A DNA stretch of 64,000 nucleotides, from NCBI GenBank assembly GCA_015222055.1, contig JADFUR010000113.1, forward strand, positions 41 through 64,040, in the 5' to 3' direction. Source of the DNA: Bacteroidota bacterium (GTDB lineage: Bacteria; Bacteroidota; Bacteroidia; Bacteroidales; B39-G9). Position numbers and translations under genes: made by a program. Below the pieces are notes generated by a model that saw only the letters and a program-made list of their open reading frames with translations, ran no database searches and was not told the DNA's origin. Shown one piece after another: positions 49,735 to 60,562 of the stretch (positions are counted from its first letter, which is position 1; each line of letters starts with the position of its first letter).

Positions 49735-51654
49735 TTACTTAACTTCTTCAAAATCGACATCAGTCACTTCATCATCTTTCTTTTTTTCAGATCCTTGTTG
49801 TGCTTCTGCATTTTGAGCATTTTGAGCATTTTTAGCATCGCCTTGTTGTGCTTGGCCTGCATTATACATTTCTTGAGAAGCAGCTTGAAAAACTGTATTT
49901 AATTCAGCAGTAGCTTTATCAATAGCTTCAATATCTTGAGCTTTATGAGCTTCTTTTAGTTTATCAAGAGCTTTTTGAATTGGTTCTTTTTTGTCAGCAG
50001 GTAGTTTATCCCCAAACTCTTTAAGTTGTTTTTCTGTTTGGAAAATCATACTGTCAGCTCCATTAATCTTATCAATTTTTTCTTTTTCTTTCTTATCTTT
50101 CTCAGCATTAACCTCTGCTTCTTGTCTCATTTTTTTTATTTCCTCATCGGTTAAACCAGAAGAAGCTTCAATTCTTATGCTTTGAGATTTTCCTGTACCT
50201 TTATCTTTTGCAGAAACATTTAGTATACCATTGGCATCAATATCAAATGTTACTTCAATTTGTGGTACTCCACGAGAAGCAGGAGGAAGACTATCTAAAT
50301 GGAAACGACCAATAGTTTTATTGTCCTTAGCCATTGAACGTTCACCTTGCAAAACATGAATTTCAACAGAAGGTTGATTATCAACAGCAGTTGAAAATGT
50401 TTCAGATTTTTTCGTTGGAATAGTAGTATTAGCCTCAATTAATTTAGTAGTAACACTTCCAAGAGTTTCAATACCAAGAGAAAGAGGAGTAACATCTAAT
50501 AATAAAACATCTTTAACTTCACCGGTTAAAACACCACCTTGAATAGCAGCACCAACAGCAACAACTTCATCAGCGTTTACACCTTTAGATGGAGCTTTAC
50601 CAAAAAAATCGGCAACTATTTTTTGAATAGAAGGAATACGAGTTGAACCACCAACTAAAATCACTTCGTTAATATCAGATTTTGAATATCCAGAATCTTG
50701 AAGAGCTTTTCTACAAGGTTCAATTGTATCATTAATTAATTTGTCGGCTAATTGTTCAAATTTGGCACGTGTAAGAGTTTTAACTAAGTGTTTTGGCACT
50801 CCATCAACCGGCATAATATAAGGTAAATTAATTTCGGTAGAGCTAGCACTCGAGAGTTCAATTTTAGCTTTTTCAGCGGCTTCTTTTAAACGTTGTAAAG
50901 CCATTGGATCTTTTTTAAGGTCAATGTTCTCGTCTTTTTGAAATTCATCAGCCAGCCAATTAATAATAACTTGGTCAAAATCATCACCACCAAGGTGAGT
51001 ATCTCCATTAGTTGATTTTACTTCAAAAACGCCATCACCTAATTCAAGAATAGAAATATCGAAAGTACCACCACCTAGGTCAAATACAGCAATTTTAATA
51101 TCTTGATTTTTTTTATCCAGTCCGTAAGCTAAAGCTGCAGCAGTTGGTTCATTAATAATTCTTTTAACGGCTAATCCTGCAATTTCCCCAGCTTCTTTAG
51201 TAGCCTGACGTTGCGAATCGCTAAAATAAGCAGGTACAGTAATAACAGCTTCAGAAATTTCTTGTCCTAAATAATCTTCAGCAGTTTTTTTCATTTTTTG
51301 TAATACCATTGCTGATATTTCTTGAGGTGAAAATTGGCGTTCGTCAATTTTTACTCGAGGTGTATTATTTTGTCCTTTAACTACTGTATATGAAGCATTC
51401 TTAATTTCTTTAAGAACTTTATCATAACCTTCGCCCATAAAACGTTTGATTGACGAAACAGTTTTTTGAGGATTCGTTATTGCTTGACGTTTTGCAGGGT
51501 CTCCTACTTTACGTTCGCCATTTCCAACAAAAGCAACTACTGATGGTGTTGTTCTTTTACCTTCACTATTTGGTATTACTACAGGTTCGTTACCTTCCAT
51601 TACAGAAACGCAAGAATTCGTTGTTCCGAGGTCAATTCCTATTATTTTACCCAT
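49735..51654 (-). CDS. dnaK: molecular chaperone DnaK (Hsp70)
   Basis: 639 aa. '[13 protein letters not shown]', '[12 protein letters not shown]', '[14 protein letters not shown]'. Confidence 0.98.
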   Translation of the reverse strand: MGKIIGIDLGTTNSCVSVMEGNEPVVIPNSEGKRTTPSVVAFVGNGERKVGDPAKRQAITNPQKTVSSIKRFMGEGYDKVLKEIKNASYTVVKGQNNTPRVKIDERQFSPQEISAMVLQKMKKTAEDYLGQEISEAVITVPAYFSDSQRQATKEAGEIAGLAVKRIINEPTAAALAYGLDKKNQDIKIAVFDLGGGTFDISILELGDGVFEVKSTNGDTHLGGDDFDQVIINWLADEFQKDENIDLKKDPMALQRLKEAAEKAKIELSSASSTEINLPYIMPVDGVPKHLVKTLTRAKFEQLADKLINDTIEPCRKALQDSGYSKSDINEVILVGGSTRIPSIQKIVADFFGKAPSKGVNADEVVAVGAAIQGGVLTGEVKDVLLLDVTPLSLGIETLGSVTTKLIEANTTIPTKKSETFSTAVDNQPSVEIHVLQGERSMAKDNKTIGRFHLDSLPPASRGVPQIEVTFDIDANGILNVSAKDKGTGKSQSIRIEASSGLTDEEIKKMRQEAEVNAEKDKKEKEKIDKINGADSMIFQTEKQLKEFGDKLPADKKEPIQKALDKLKEAHKAQDIEAIDKATAELNTVFQAASQEMYNAGQAQQGDAKNAQNAQNAEAQQGSEKKKDDEVTDVDFEEVK

Positions 51655-51681
51655 TTTTTTATAATTATTTTAAGTTTATTA

Positions 51682-51689
51682 CAAATTTA
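51682..51689 (-). promoter_or_regulatory. candidate -7 promoter element for dnaK
   Basis: The minus strand reads TAAATTTG (TAnnTTTG), 27 nt before the dnaK ATG. Confidence 0.3.
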
Positions 51690-51911
51690 TTACATCATCT
51701 TTTTTACAATGATTGTGCCATATAATTTATTACTAATTTTTATGAAATATTGACACTAAATAAGTAAAACAGAGAAAAATTTGGCGTTATGAATGACAAA
51801 AAGACATAAAATTTGAAATAGAATGTTATTTTGTTTTTTGACATTTGAATAAATGTCATTACAAGAATAAAATCTGAATAGATGTGCCTGATGATATTAT
51901 TTCAAAACAGA

Positions 51912-52949
51912 TTAAAATCCGCCACTATGGTTAAGAAAATTTAATCTGTGTGTATAACTGCCATAAGCTAAACTATCAATTGCTTGTGGTGATAATTTTT
52001 TGTCAGTAATGGTTTTATTGTATCTACAAGAAAATATACCTATTCCATTATTAATATTTGTATATTCGGGTTTTGATTCAGAAATACTGTTTGATGGTTT
52101 ACTAATTTGAATATAAGTAGATAGTTCTTCGCCACCAACTTCGAAAACAAAATCAATATTTTGGGCAACTCGCATCACATTAATATTTTCATCTATATTA
52201 TGAGCAACGAATTCAAAAAAGGATTCTCCACGAAAAGATTGAGTCATTTTATCTGCAACATCATTTACTCCTCTTAAATTTTTTGATATCTGTGAAGGAA
52301 AAATCCAATCAATTGCTTTTTCAGTAGTGTCATTATTTTCAATTTCAAGATAATGAAATCTTATTTTAAGCCTATATAATCTACCGTTAACTGCAGAATT
52401 CCATTCCACAAATAATTTATTATCATAATTTTCGAAACTTATAAACCTTTGCTGAACAGTTGGATTAAAATTACTTATTAACTCTGTTGAAGATGTTACA
52501 AGCTCTTCTTTTTTTGGGATTTTAACAACTAACTTATATTTGCTATCACCATAAAGTTGTTCTGTAGTTTTATAAATAATATTATTTTCTGTTGCAAAAG
52601 TGCCGGTATTTCCATAAATATTTAAAGAATCTTTAATAATATCGGTCGTTTTTTCAAGATAAATAATTTGCGATGCAAAATTTTCATCCATTTTCCACCT
52701 TTCAAGAGTTACGCTAAGATCAGAATTATATCTAGTAGAATCGCTTTGTGAAGCCATGTCATAAGCATCTTGATTACCAAGAAACGCTTTGTTAACTTTT
52801 ACATAATTAACGGTATCATTTTGATTCAATAAAGAATATACAATTGAAATATCCTTCCAGTCTGCATTAACATCAAAATCAGTACTGCATGAATATAACA
52901 ATAGTAATATTATAAATGACGAAAATATTTTTTTCATATTAATTAACAT
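51912..52949 (-). CDS. hypothetical lipoprotein
   Basis: 345 aa. Lipobox 'LLLYSCSTDF' (real start probably 'MKKIF'). No family recognised. Confidence 0.5.
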   Translation of the reverse strand: MLINMKKIFSSFIILLLLYSCSTDFDVNADWKDISIVYSLLNQNDTVNYVKVNKAFLGNQDAYDMASQSDSTRYNSDLSVTLERWKMDENFASQIIYLEKTTDIIKDSLNIYGNTGTFATENNIIYKTTEQLYGDSKYKLVVKIPKKEELVTSSTELISNFNPTVQQRFISFENYDNKLFVEWNSAVNGRLYRLKIRFHYLEIENNDTTEKAIDWIFPSQISKNLRGVNDVADKMTQSFRGESFFEFVAHNIDENINVMRVAQNIDFVFEVGGEELSTYIQISKPSNSISESKPEYTNINNGIGIFSCRYNKTITDKKLSPQAIDSLAYGSYTHRLNFLNHSGGF

Positions 52950-53189
52950 TTAAAACAATTAAGGTCAAAAGTATAAAAATTTAGTGCGATTATTTGTCAT
53001 TATAGAAATTTTTTTTGTAGTTAATTTTTAAAAGAAAAAAATTTTTGCAGATATATTTTTAAGAATCTAAAAAAAGTTTAGAAGAAACAGAACCAACTTA
53101 AAATTAATGCAACACAAAAAAAAAATTATACTTAATAACATGATTAATCAAAAATTGTATTTTTTAAATGCTTGTTAAAAAAATACTCT

Positions 53190-53197
53190 TAACTTTG
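53190..53197 (+). promoter_or_regulatory. candidate -7 promoter element for queE
   Basis: TAACTTTG fits TAnnTTTG, 29 nt before the annotated start. Confidence 0.3.
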
Positions 53198-53225
53198 TTC
53201 CCATTTATTTTTAATATAAAATATT

Positions 53226-53858
53226 TTGAAAAACATTAACGATAAAATTTTTGAAAACGGAAAAAAACTTCCTTTAATGGAAGAATTTTATACCCTTCAA
53301 GGCGAAGGTTTTCACACGGGTAAAGCTGCTTATTTCATACGTGTTGGAGGTTGTGATATTGGTTGTTCGTGGTGTGACACTAAACTCTCGTGGGATCCTG
53401 ATATTCATAAATTAGCTAATGTAATAGATATTGTTAATAATGCAAAAAAACAAACGGCTAAAGCTGTTGTAGTTACTGGTGGAGAACCATCGCTGTACAA
53501 TCTTGACTATTTATGTTCGGAATTGAAGAAAAATAAAATCGAAACTTTTATCGAAACATCAGGTGCTCATAAATTAACCGGACAATGGGATTGGATTTGC
53601 CTTTCACCAAAAAAACAAAAACCACCAACAGTTGAAATTTACGAAAAAGCAAACGAGCTGAAAGTTATTATTTTTGACGAATCTGATTTTTTGTGGGCAG
53701 AAGAATGTGCAAAAAAAGTAGATAAATCTTGCAAGCTTTATCTTCAACCAGAATGGAGTCAACATAAAAAATTTATTCCTCTTATTGTTGAATATATCAA
53801 AAAAGACCCAAAATGGCTTATCTCACTACAAGCACATAAATTTATGTGCATACCTTAA
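53226..53858 (+). CDS. queE: 7-carboxy-7-deazaguanine synthase (radical SAM)
   Basis: 210 aa (TTG start in the track). 'EEFYTLQGEGFHTGKAAYFIRVGGCDIGCSWCDTK' contains the CxxxCxxC cluster in the QueE context. Confidence 0.9.
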   Translation: MKNINDKIFENGKKLPLMEEFYTLQGEGFHTGKAAYFIRVGGCDIGCSWCDTKLSWDPDIHKLANVIDIVNNAKKQTAKAVVVTGGEPSLYNLDYLCSELKKNKIETFIETSGAHKLTGQWDWICLSPKKQKPPTVEIYEKANELKVIIFDESDFLWAEECAKKVDKSCKLYLQPEWSQHKKFIPLIVEYIKKDPKWLISLQAHKFMCIP

Positions 53859-53913
53859 GCATTTAGGATTAATTAAAATTTTATTTCTTTTTCATAAATA
53901 AAATCTTAATTTT

Positions 53914-55878
53914 ATGATCGTCTTTAATCATAAAATTATAAGCCTTAATATGCTAAAAAAAAATATATTTATAATATTATCAATTCTTTTTGCTTCAATA
54001 ATTAATGCTCAAAATTTTTCAACAAAATCAAAAAAAGCAATAAAATATTACAAATCTGCTATTGCAAATTACGATAATAACAAAACAGATATTGCTATTA
54101 ATGATTTGAAACGTGCCATAAAAAAAGATAATAATTTTATTGAAGCCTATCTTTTAAAGGGCGACATTTATAAAATTCGTAAAGAGTATAAAAATGAAAT
54201 AAATACATATTTCGAGGTAATTAATATAGACGAAAACTTTTTCCCATATATTTATTACAATCTGGCATCTACCGAATTGTTAATTGGAGAATACGAAGCA
54301 GCAAAATCTCACTTTAAACAATTTTTAGAAAAAAAATATGTAAGAAAAGACATAATAGACATTGCTGAGCAGAAACTCAAACAATGTGATTTTGCCATTG
54401 AGCAAATGAAAAATCCCGTTAAATTTAACCCAGTAGATTTAGGTCCAAATATAAATTCTATTTACGATGATTACTGGCCAGCATTAACTGTAGATGGAAA
54501 GACACTAATAACAACAGTATTGATACCCAAAGAAGAGGCTTATAAAACACAATATGATTCTACTCAAGAAGATTTTTATGTTAGTTATTTAAAAAACAAA
54601 AAATGGACAAAGGCAGTTAAATTATCATCAATAATAAACACACCCTTTAACGAAGGAGCTTTATCTATTTCATCAGATGGCGGCTATTGTTTTTTTACTG
54701 CTTGTGGCAGAAGCAATGGTTACGGACTTTGCGATATTTACATGGCAAAAAATGAAAATGGCAAATGGACACGTCCTGTTAATGTTGGTAGACCTGTTAA
54801 TTCAAAATATTCTGAAAAACAACCGTCAATATCTTCCGATGGCAAAACACTCTATTTCTCAAGCAACCGACCGGGCGGGAAAGGTAGCATGGATTTATGG
54901 GTTAGTACTTATGAAAACGCAAGATGGAGCGAACCAAAAAACTTGGGAGACTCAATAAACACATTTAATTCAGAGATATCTCCTTTCATTCATCATGATA
55001 ATCAAACATTATATTTTGCCTCAAACGGACATTTAGGAATGGGTGGTTATGATATGTTTCTTTCAAGAAAAAATAGTGTTGAAAATTGGTCGAGACCTGA
55101 AAATTTGGGATATCCTATCAACACTTTTGGTGAAGAATTTGGAATGATTATCAACTCAGACGCAAACAGAGCTCTTTTTTCATCCGACAGGAAAAAAACA
55201 ACTGGTAGAGATATTTACGAATTTACACTTCCTGAAAAGATAAAACCTGTTTCGGTAAATTATGTAAATGGTTTTGTTTATGATGCTAAAACAAATATTA
55301 AGCTCGAAGCTAAAATTGAACTAGTAGATATTGAAACAAATAAAATAATTACGAAAAAAACTTCTGACAAAACAAGCGGTAAATATCTTGTTTGCTTACC
55401 AACAAACAAAAACTACGCACTCGAAGTTGATAAAAAAGGCTACTTGTTTTTTTCTGAGAATTTCTCTTTAAAAAATAATAACGATTCACTAAATCCTTAT
55501 CTGATAAACATCCCTCTTTATCCTATCAATATTGGCGAAAAAATAATATTAAAAAATATTTTCTTTACACTAAATTCCTTCGAATTAAAAAAGGAATCAT
55601 ACTTTGAGCTATCAAAAATTATCCAATTAATGAATAATAACCCTGATATGAAAGCCGAAATTGCCGGGCACACAGATTCTATTGGTACTAACGAATATAA
55701 TATTGAGCTTTCTCAAAATCGTGCTAAATCGGTTTATAATTATCTTATTCAAAATTCTAATTTAAAAAGCAGACTTTCATACAAAGGATACGGCTCTTCT
55801 ATGCCAATTGCAACCAACAATACTATTTTGGGCAGGTCTAAAAACAGAAGAACTGAGTTTATTATAATCACAAAATAA
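53914..55878 (+). CDS. OmpA-family protein with TPR, TolB-like PD40 repeats and a C-terminal OmpA peptidoglycan-binding domain
   Basis: 654 aa (the signal peptide fits a start at 53950, 'MLKKNIFIILSILFASIINAQ'). Repeated 'E..PSIS.DGKTLYF.S.R.GG.G..D' units. C-terminus 'GHTDSIGTNEYNIELSQNRA...NRRTEF'. Confidence 0.8.
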   Translation: MIVFNHKIISLNMLKKNIFIILSILFASIINAQNFSTKSKKAIKYYKSAIANYDNNKTDIAINDLKRAIKKDNNFIEAYLLKGDIYKIRKEYKNEINTYFEVINIDENFFPYIYYNLASTELLIGEYEAAKSHFKQFLEKKYVRKDIIDIAEQKLKQCDFAIEQMKNPVKFNPVDLGPNINSIYDDYWPALTVDGKTLITTVLIPKEEAYKTQYDSTQEDFYVSYLKNKKWTKAVKLSSIINTPFNEGALSISSDGGYCFFTACGRSNGYGLCDIYMAKNENGKWTRPVNVGRPVNSKYSEKQPSISSDGKTLYFSSNRPGGKGSMDLWVSTYENARWSEPKNLGDSINTFNSEISPFIHHDNQTLYFASNGHLGMGGYDMFLSRKNSVENWSRPENLGYPINTFGEEFGMIINSDANRALFSSDRKKTTGRDIYEFTLPEKIKPVSVNYVNGFVYDAKTNIKLEAKIELVDIETNKIITKKTSDKTSGKYLVCLPTNKNYALEVDKKGYLFFSENFSLKNNNDSLNPYLINIPLYPINIGEKIILKNIFFTLNSFELKKESYFELSKIIQLMNNNPDMKAEIAGHTDSIGTNEYNIELSQNRAKSVYNYLIQNSNLKSRLSYKGYGSSMPIATNNTILGRSKNRRTEFIIITK

Positions 55879-55950
55879 TTGACCTCAAAGCAATAATTTA
55901 GTATATTTACAATATAAATTAATTATTGAAAACTTATCTTATTCTGAATC

Positions 55951-57498
55951 ATGAAACGAAGTATAACAATCATTAGATTAATAACAATTCTTTTTTTTAT
56001 TTTAACAAAGATTAGTTTTGGTCAAATTGCCAAAAGCGATACTAACTTTAATCAACTAAATAAATACCTCGAAAAAACGAGAAAAGAATGGAAAGTTCCG
56101 GGTATGTCAATAGCCATTGTAAAAAACGATTCAACAGTTTTTGTTAAAGGATATGGTGTTCGCAATATTAATAAAAAAGACAAAGTTGATGGCAATACAA
56201 TGTTTGGAATTGCTTCAAACACTAAAGCTTTTACTGCGGCGGCTCTGGGTATTTTGGTCGACCAAGGAAAAATAAGCTGGGATGATAAGGTAATAAAACA
56301 CCTTCCTTATTTTCAATTATACAATAACTATGTAACTCAAGAAATGACAATTCGCGATTTATTAAGTCATCGTTGCGGATTAAAAACATTTAGTGGCGAT
56401 TTAATATGGTATGCAAGTTCTCATAGCAGGAAAGAAATAATAAAACGTGCAAAATATTTAGAACCGGCTTATGGTTTCAGAACACATTTTGGTTATTCAA
56501 ACATTATGTATCTCACAGCTGGTGAGATTGTTCACGAAGTTACAGGCAAGTCATGGGACGATTTTATTAAAGAAAATTTCTTCTCCCCTCTTGGCATGAA
56601 ACTTTCAAACACATCGATGAATGTTAATAATCTTATCGAAAACCGTGCAACACCACACACCGATTTTGAATCTGTTAAAACACCAATTAAAACAATAAAC
56701 TGGGATAATATGGGGCCAGCAGGTTCTATAAATTCAAACGCCGCAGAAATGAGCAAGTGGATTAAAATGCAGTTAAACAAAGGCTCTCTGAATGGAAAAA
56801 AATATTTCAGCAAAAAAATTAGTGATGAGATGTGGTCTCCACAGACTATAATGAAATTAGGTGGTTTCGAAAAATATTATTTTCCATCAATGCATTTTAA
56901 AGCCTATGGCTTTGGTTGGAATATGTTTGATTATCATGGAAAAAAAATCGTAACTCATAATGGTGGTCTAGATGGAATGATTTCTCAAGTTGTTCTGGTT
57001 CCCGAAGAAAATCTTGGTTTTGTTATTCTTACAAACTGCTCAACTTCTTTAACATACCCTTTAATGTATAAAATGCTCGATTACTTTTTAAATGTTAAAA
57101 ATTACGACTGGTGTCCTTTGCTTTTAGATCTTATTAATCAAAACGATAATAAAGAAGAAGAAGCTTTGGAAAACAAAAAACGAGTGCTTAACACAAATCC
57201 ATCACTTAATCTTAAAAATTACTCTGGCACTTACGGAGGTGAAATGTATGGAGATGCAACTATTTCTTATGAGAATAAGAAACTAAACATTCAGTTTGTC
57301 CCAACTAAAATATTAAACGGAACACTATCTCACTGGAATTATGATACCTTTAAAATAAAATGGAACGACTATCCATCATTACCTGACGGAACGGTACAAT
57401 TCATTATAGGGACTAATGGTGAGGTTGAAGAAATGCGTATTGATGTTCCAAATCCTGATTTTGATTTTACAGAACTTGAATTCTTAAAAAAAGAATAA
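55951..57498 (+). CDS. serine hydrolase of the beta-lactamase/PBP4* family (class C-like)
   Basis: 515 aa. Signal peptide, SxxK 'ASNTKAF', and YxN 'GYSNIMY'. Confidence 0.85.
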   Translation: MKRSITIIRLITILFFILTKISFGQIAKSDTNFNQLNKYLEKTRKEWKVPGMSIAIVKNDSTVFVKGYGVRNINKKDKVDGNTMFGIASNTKAFTAAALGILVDQGKISWDDKVIKHLPYFQLYNNYVTQEMTIRDLLSHRCGLKTFSGDLIWYASSHSRKEIIKRAKYLEPAYGFRTHFGYSNIMYLTAGEIVHEVTGKSWDDFIKENFFSPLGMKLSNTSMNVNNLIENRATPHTDFESVKTPIKTINWDNMGPAGSINSNAAEMSKWIKMQLNKGSLNGKKYFSKKISDEMWSPQTIMKLGGFEKYYFPSMHFKAYGFGWNMFDYHGKKIVTHNGGLDGMISQVVLVPEENLGFVILTNCSTSLTYPLMYKMLDYFLNVKNYDWCPLLLDLINQNDNKEEEALENKKRVLNTNPSLNLKNYSGTYGGEMYGDATISYENKKLNIQFVPTKILNGTLSHWNYDTFKIKWNDYPSLPDGTVQFIIGTNGEVEEMRIDVPNPDFDFTELEFLKKE

Positions 57499-57610
57499 TG
57501 CATTGATGGTTTGAATATATAACTATGAGTCCACTCAAAGAAACCGCTAAGCGGTTAAATTAAAAAAGGGCTGAAAGCTATGAAACTGTACGTCAACTTA
57601 TTATAAATCC

Positions 57611-57644
57611 GCTAAGCGGTTATAAGTTGATAAATTAATTTTCG
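57611..57644. repeat. 34-nt dispersed repeat, copy 2
   Basis: See 26933-26966. Contains the CCGC-TAA-GCGG hairpin, which also occurs at 57542-57556. Confidence 0.75.
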
Positions 57645-57745
57645 GAGAAGTCTCTTGGTTCAATCTATAAGTATTTTTAAAAAAGCAATTAGTAATAAAA
57701 AGCAAATTTAGATACTACTTATTACTATCTAAAATATTAATTGAG

Positions 57746-57753
57746 TACTTTTG
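57746..57753 (+). promoter_or_regulatory. candidate Bacteroidota -7 promoter element for pyk
   Basis: TACTTTTG fits TAnnTTTG, 24 nt before the ATG. No convincing -33 TTTG seen. Confidence 0.3.
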
Positions 57754-57776
57754 CAAAAATTTTATAAAGAATAATT

Positions 57777-59204
57777 ATGACAAAAAAACTCACCAAAATA
57801 GTAGCTACAATTTCAGATAAAAATTGTGATGTTGACTTCCTTAAAAAGCTATACAACGCAGGCATGAATGTTGTAAGATTAAACACTGCCCACCAAAACT
57901 ACGACGATACTCTAAAAGTAATAAACAATGTAAGAAAAGTATCTGATAAAATTGCCTTGCTTGTCGACACTAAAGGTCCTGAAATAAGAACCACAAATGC
58001 AGATGTTGATATTCCCGTTAAAAACGGCGATAGAATATTTATTAAAGGCGATCCTGATACAAATACCAATAAAGAATTAATTTGCGTTTCATACAGTAAT
58101 TTTGTTAATGATGTTCCTGTTGGATGTAAAATACTAATTGACGATGGAGAGGTTGAATTATCTGTTATTGAAAAAGATGATAGCCAACTGCTTTGCGAGG
58201 TTCAAAACGATGGAGTTATTCAAGGCAGAAAAAGCGTAAACATACCATCAGTCCACATAAAACTGCCTTCTTTAAGCGAAAAAGACAAAGGTTATATCAA
58301 CTTTGCAATTGAAAACAATATTGATTTCATAGCACACTCTTTTGTACGTAGAAAAGAAGATATATTTGCAATAAAAGATATCTTAAAAGCAAAAAATTCC
58401 AACATCAAGATAATTTCAAAAATTGAAAACCAAGAAGGTGTTGATAATATTGATGAGATAATTGACCACTCAGCAGGAATAATGATTGCCAGAGGTGACC
58501 TTGCCATTGAAATTCCACGTGAGAGAATTCCAATAGTTCAAAAAATAATTATTAATAAATGTATTGCTAAGCGTAAACAGGTTATTACGGCTACTCAAAT
58601 GCTTCATACAATGATTAAGAATCCACGCCCTACACGTGCCGAAGTTAGTGATGTTGCCAATGCAATTTATGATGGGACAGATGCAATAATGCTTAGCGGA
58701 GAAACGGCTTATGGGAAATACCCCTTAGAGTCTGTTCAAACCATGTCGAAAATTGCTTATGAAATTGAAAAAAGCAATGCTCCTTTTAAAGAAATTCAAA
58801 CAAAAATTCTTAATACCGAAGTATCTGCTTATCTAGCAAAATCTGCTGTTAAAGCTTCAATTAGACTTTCGTCTGAAGCTATTGTTGCCGACACTTTTTC
58901 TGGTCTCACTATTGAAAACATTACAGGATTTAGGGGGAACAAACCTATTTATGCCTTATGTTACAGCAAAAAAACTGTTCGCAAGCTTGCTCTATCTTAT
59001 GGCGTTTATGCTTATTATATGGAGCCTCGAAATACAGCCGATGACTTCTTGCAACACGCTTTGCCAAAATTAATTGAAAACAAATGTTTAACTAAAGACA
59101 GCCTAATTGTTGTAGTTGCAGGTAACTTTGGTCGTAGTCAAGGAGCTACTTTTATCGAAATAAGCACGGTTGAACATTTACTTACTCGAAACACAAATAT
59201 TTAA
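57777..59204 (+). CDS. pyk: pyruvate kinase
   Basis: 475 aa. 'TKIVATISDKN', 'GMNVVRLNTAHQ', 'LVDTKGPEIRT', 'MIARGDLAIEIP', 'ATQMLHTM'. Confidence 0.95.
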   Translation: MTKKLTKIVATISDKNCDVDFLKKLYNAGMNVVRLNTAHQNYDDTLKVINNVRKVSDKIALLVDTKGPEIRTTNADVDIPVKNGDRIFIKGDPDTNTNKELICVSYSNFVNDVPVGCKILIDDGEVELSVIEKDDSQLLCEVQNDGVIQGRKSVNIPSVHIKLPSLSEKDKGYINFAIENNIDFIAHSFVRRKEDIFAIKDILKAKNSNIKIISKIENQEGVDNIDEIIDHSAGIMIARGDLAIEIPRERIPIVQKIIINKCIAKRKQVITATQMLHTMIKNPRPTRAEVSDVANAIYDGTDAIMLSGETAYGKYPLESVQTMSKIAYEIEKSNAPFKEIQTKILNTEVSAYLAKSAVKASIRLSSEAIVADTFSGLTIENITGFRGNKPIYALCYSKKTVRKLALSYGVYAYYMEPRNTADDFLQHALPKLIENKCLTKDSLIVVVAGNFGRSQGATFIEISTVEHLLTRNTNI

Positions 59205-59450
59205 AAAATTTCAAATCTAATACTATCTAAATATTGAAATAGTATTAAAATTTATCGTGAAACAATAATTATCTTATTATAATTCACCATATTTTTTCTA
59301 TTAACCCCTCTCACTGTCAGGTTTCTACTCACAAATATATTTATATTATTTTGTGTTCGTGAGATTCGCTTCGCTACGGTTCCCCTGAAACAGGGGAGAT
59401 GGCTTTGAATAAAATTTATTTTAGAATATTAAAATTTTCAGTTCTGTTTT

Positions 59451-59600
59451 TTAATGCTTCTTTCCCTTTTTAAGGGAAAGTGGCGACAGCCGATAGGGTT
59501 ATATTAATAAATTTTGTTAAGCTTTTTTAATTTTACTTTTGGCTTGAACCAAAAGTAACAAAAGTTCAAGACTGCAAAGCAATTTCTTGTTTTCTACACT
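59451..59600 (+). repeat. copy A of a 150-nt bipartite structured element (candidate ncRNA)
   Basis: Near-identical to 59817-59966 in two blocks. Contains an 11-bp stem (59455-59483) and a perfect 10-bp stem (59532-59557). The G-T wobble favours the + strand. Confidence 0.6.
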
Positions 59601-59707
59601 CCACAACGCTAAAATAAAAGAACTCACTCCCTGCGGTCGTTCAAACAGCTTTTATTTTTTAACGCTTAGTTGCGTTTGAAAACTACAAAATTTCTTTGAG
59701 GTCGGAA

Positions 59708-59736
59708 TCGGAACTTGCAAGTTTCGTGTTTTTTTT
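59708..59736 (+). terminator. intrinsic terminator inside the non-coding island
   Basis: CGGAACT-TGCA-AGTTTCG (7 bp including one G-U) followed by TGTTTTTTTT. There is no upstream ORF, so it would end a non-coding + strand transcript. Confidence 0.55.
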
Positions 59737-59816
59737 AATGCAATTTTCAAAATATTAATAATTTGGAAAATTTAAAAGATTTATTACAAAATATTTAAGT
59801 TTCCTGTTCCGTTTAT

Positions 59817-59966
59817 TTAATGCTTCTTTCCCTTTTTTAGGGAAAGTGGCGACAGCCGATAGGGTTTATATTAAAAATTTCTGAAAACCTCTTTTCATTT
59901 ACTTTTGGTTTGAACCAAAAGTAACAAAAGCTCAAGACTGCAAAGTAATTTCTTGTTTTCTACACT
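59817..59966 (+). repeat. copy B of the 150-nt bipartite structured element (candidate ncRNA)
   Basis: Block 1 is 48/49 and block 2 is 67/70 identical to copy A. The 31-nt linker is only about half identical. Confidence 0.6.
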
Positions 59967-60511
59967 CTAATTTAGACACAAAAACAAACCACGTAGTGGT
60001 AATATGTTTATAGAACAGAAGCTATAAACATATTTTAAAGTGCCGTAGGTACGTCCTATTTTAAAATTTATTGTATAATAATTATTATTTTATTATAAGC
60101 CACCCTAATTTTAAATTGACACAATAGTCCGAAGGACTAAGACATCTTAACTTGGGACATCGTCCCAAGAAATACAGTAAAAAGTATTTCATCAGTCTGT
60201 AAGACTGAGACAAAGTTTAATAGAAAATAAAATATGATGAGAATTATTTTGGAATAATTTCTATCACCCATTTAGAGTTATTTAAAAACAATTATTTTTA
60301 TACTTGGGGCGTTGCCCCAAGTTAGATTATTATAGCCTTACAGGCTATTAATGTTTAGATTGAAAATAACTGAAGTTGAAAATTTAGATGCTCTTACATT
60401 ACTAAATTATTAGCGAATCCATTCGTTAAACGACTATCCTTATAGAAATATTAAAACTTTATAAATGCTAAGCATTCACACATTTATTAAAATCACAAAT
60501 TTATAGCTTGT

Positions 60512-60562
60512 GAAATTCCCTTATATTGTTTAAGTTGCAGATTAAAACAATGTAAGGGAATT
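60512..60562 (+). other. long 19-bp stem-loop (one U-G wobble, 13-nt loop)
   Basis: AAATTCCCTTATATTGTTT / AAACAATGTAAGGGAATTT. The single non-Watson-Crick position (60523/60551) is T-G on the + strand and would be A-C on the - strand. Confidence 0.6.

Noticed and set aside
51839-51858. Perfect palindrome TGACATTT-GAAT-AAATGTCA about 185 nt upstream of dnaK, considered as a CIRCE-like heat-shock operator
   Set aside because: It does not match the CIRCE consensus (TTAGCACTC-N9-GAGTGCTAA) and lies far upstream of the candidate -7 element. It may simply be a U-tract-less terminator of the upstream lipoprotein gene. There is not enough evidence for an operator call.
59451-59966. Template/variable repeat pair of a diversity-generating retroelement
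   Set aside because: There is no reverse transcriptase or target gene, neither copy lies inside an ORF, and the differences are not adenine-specific.
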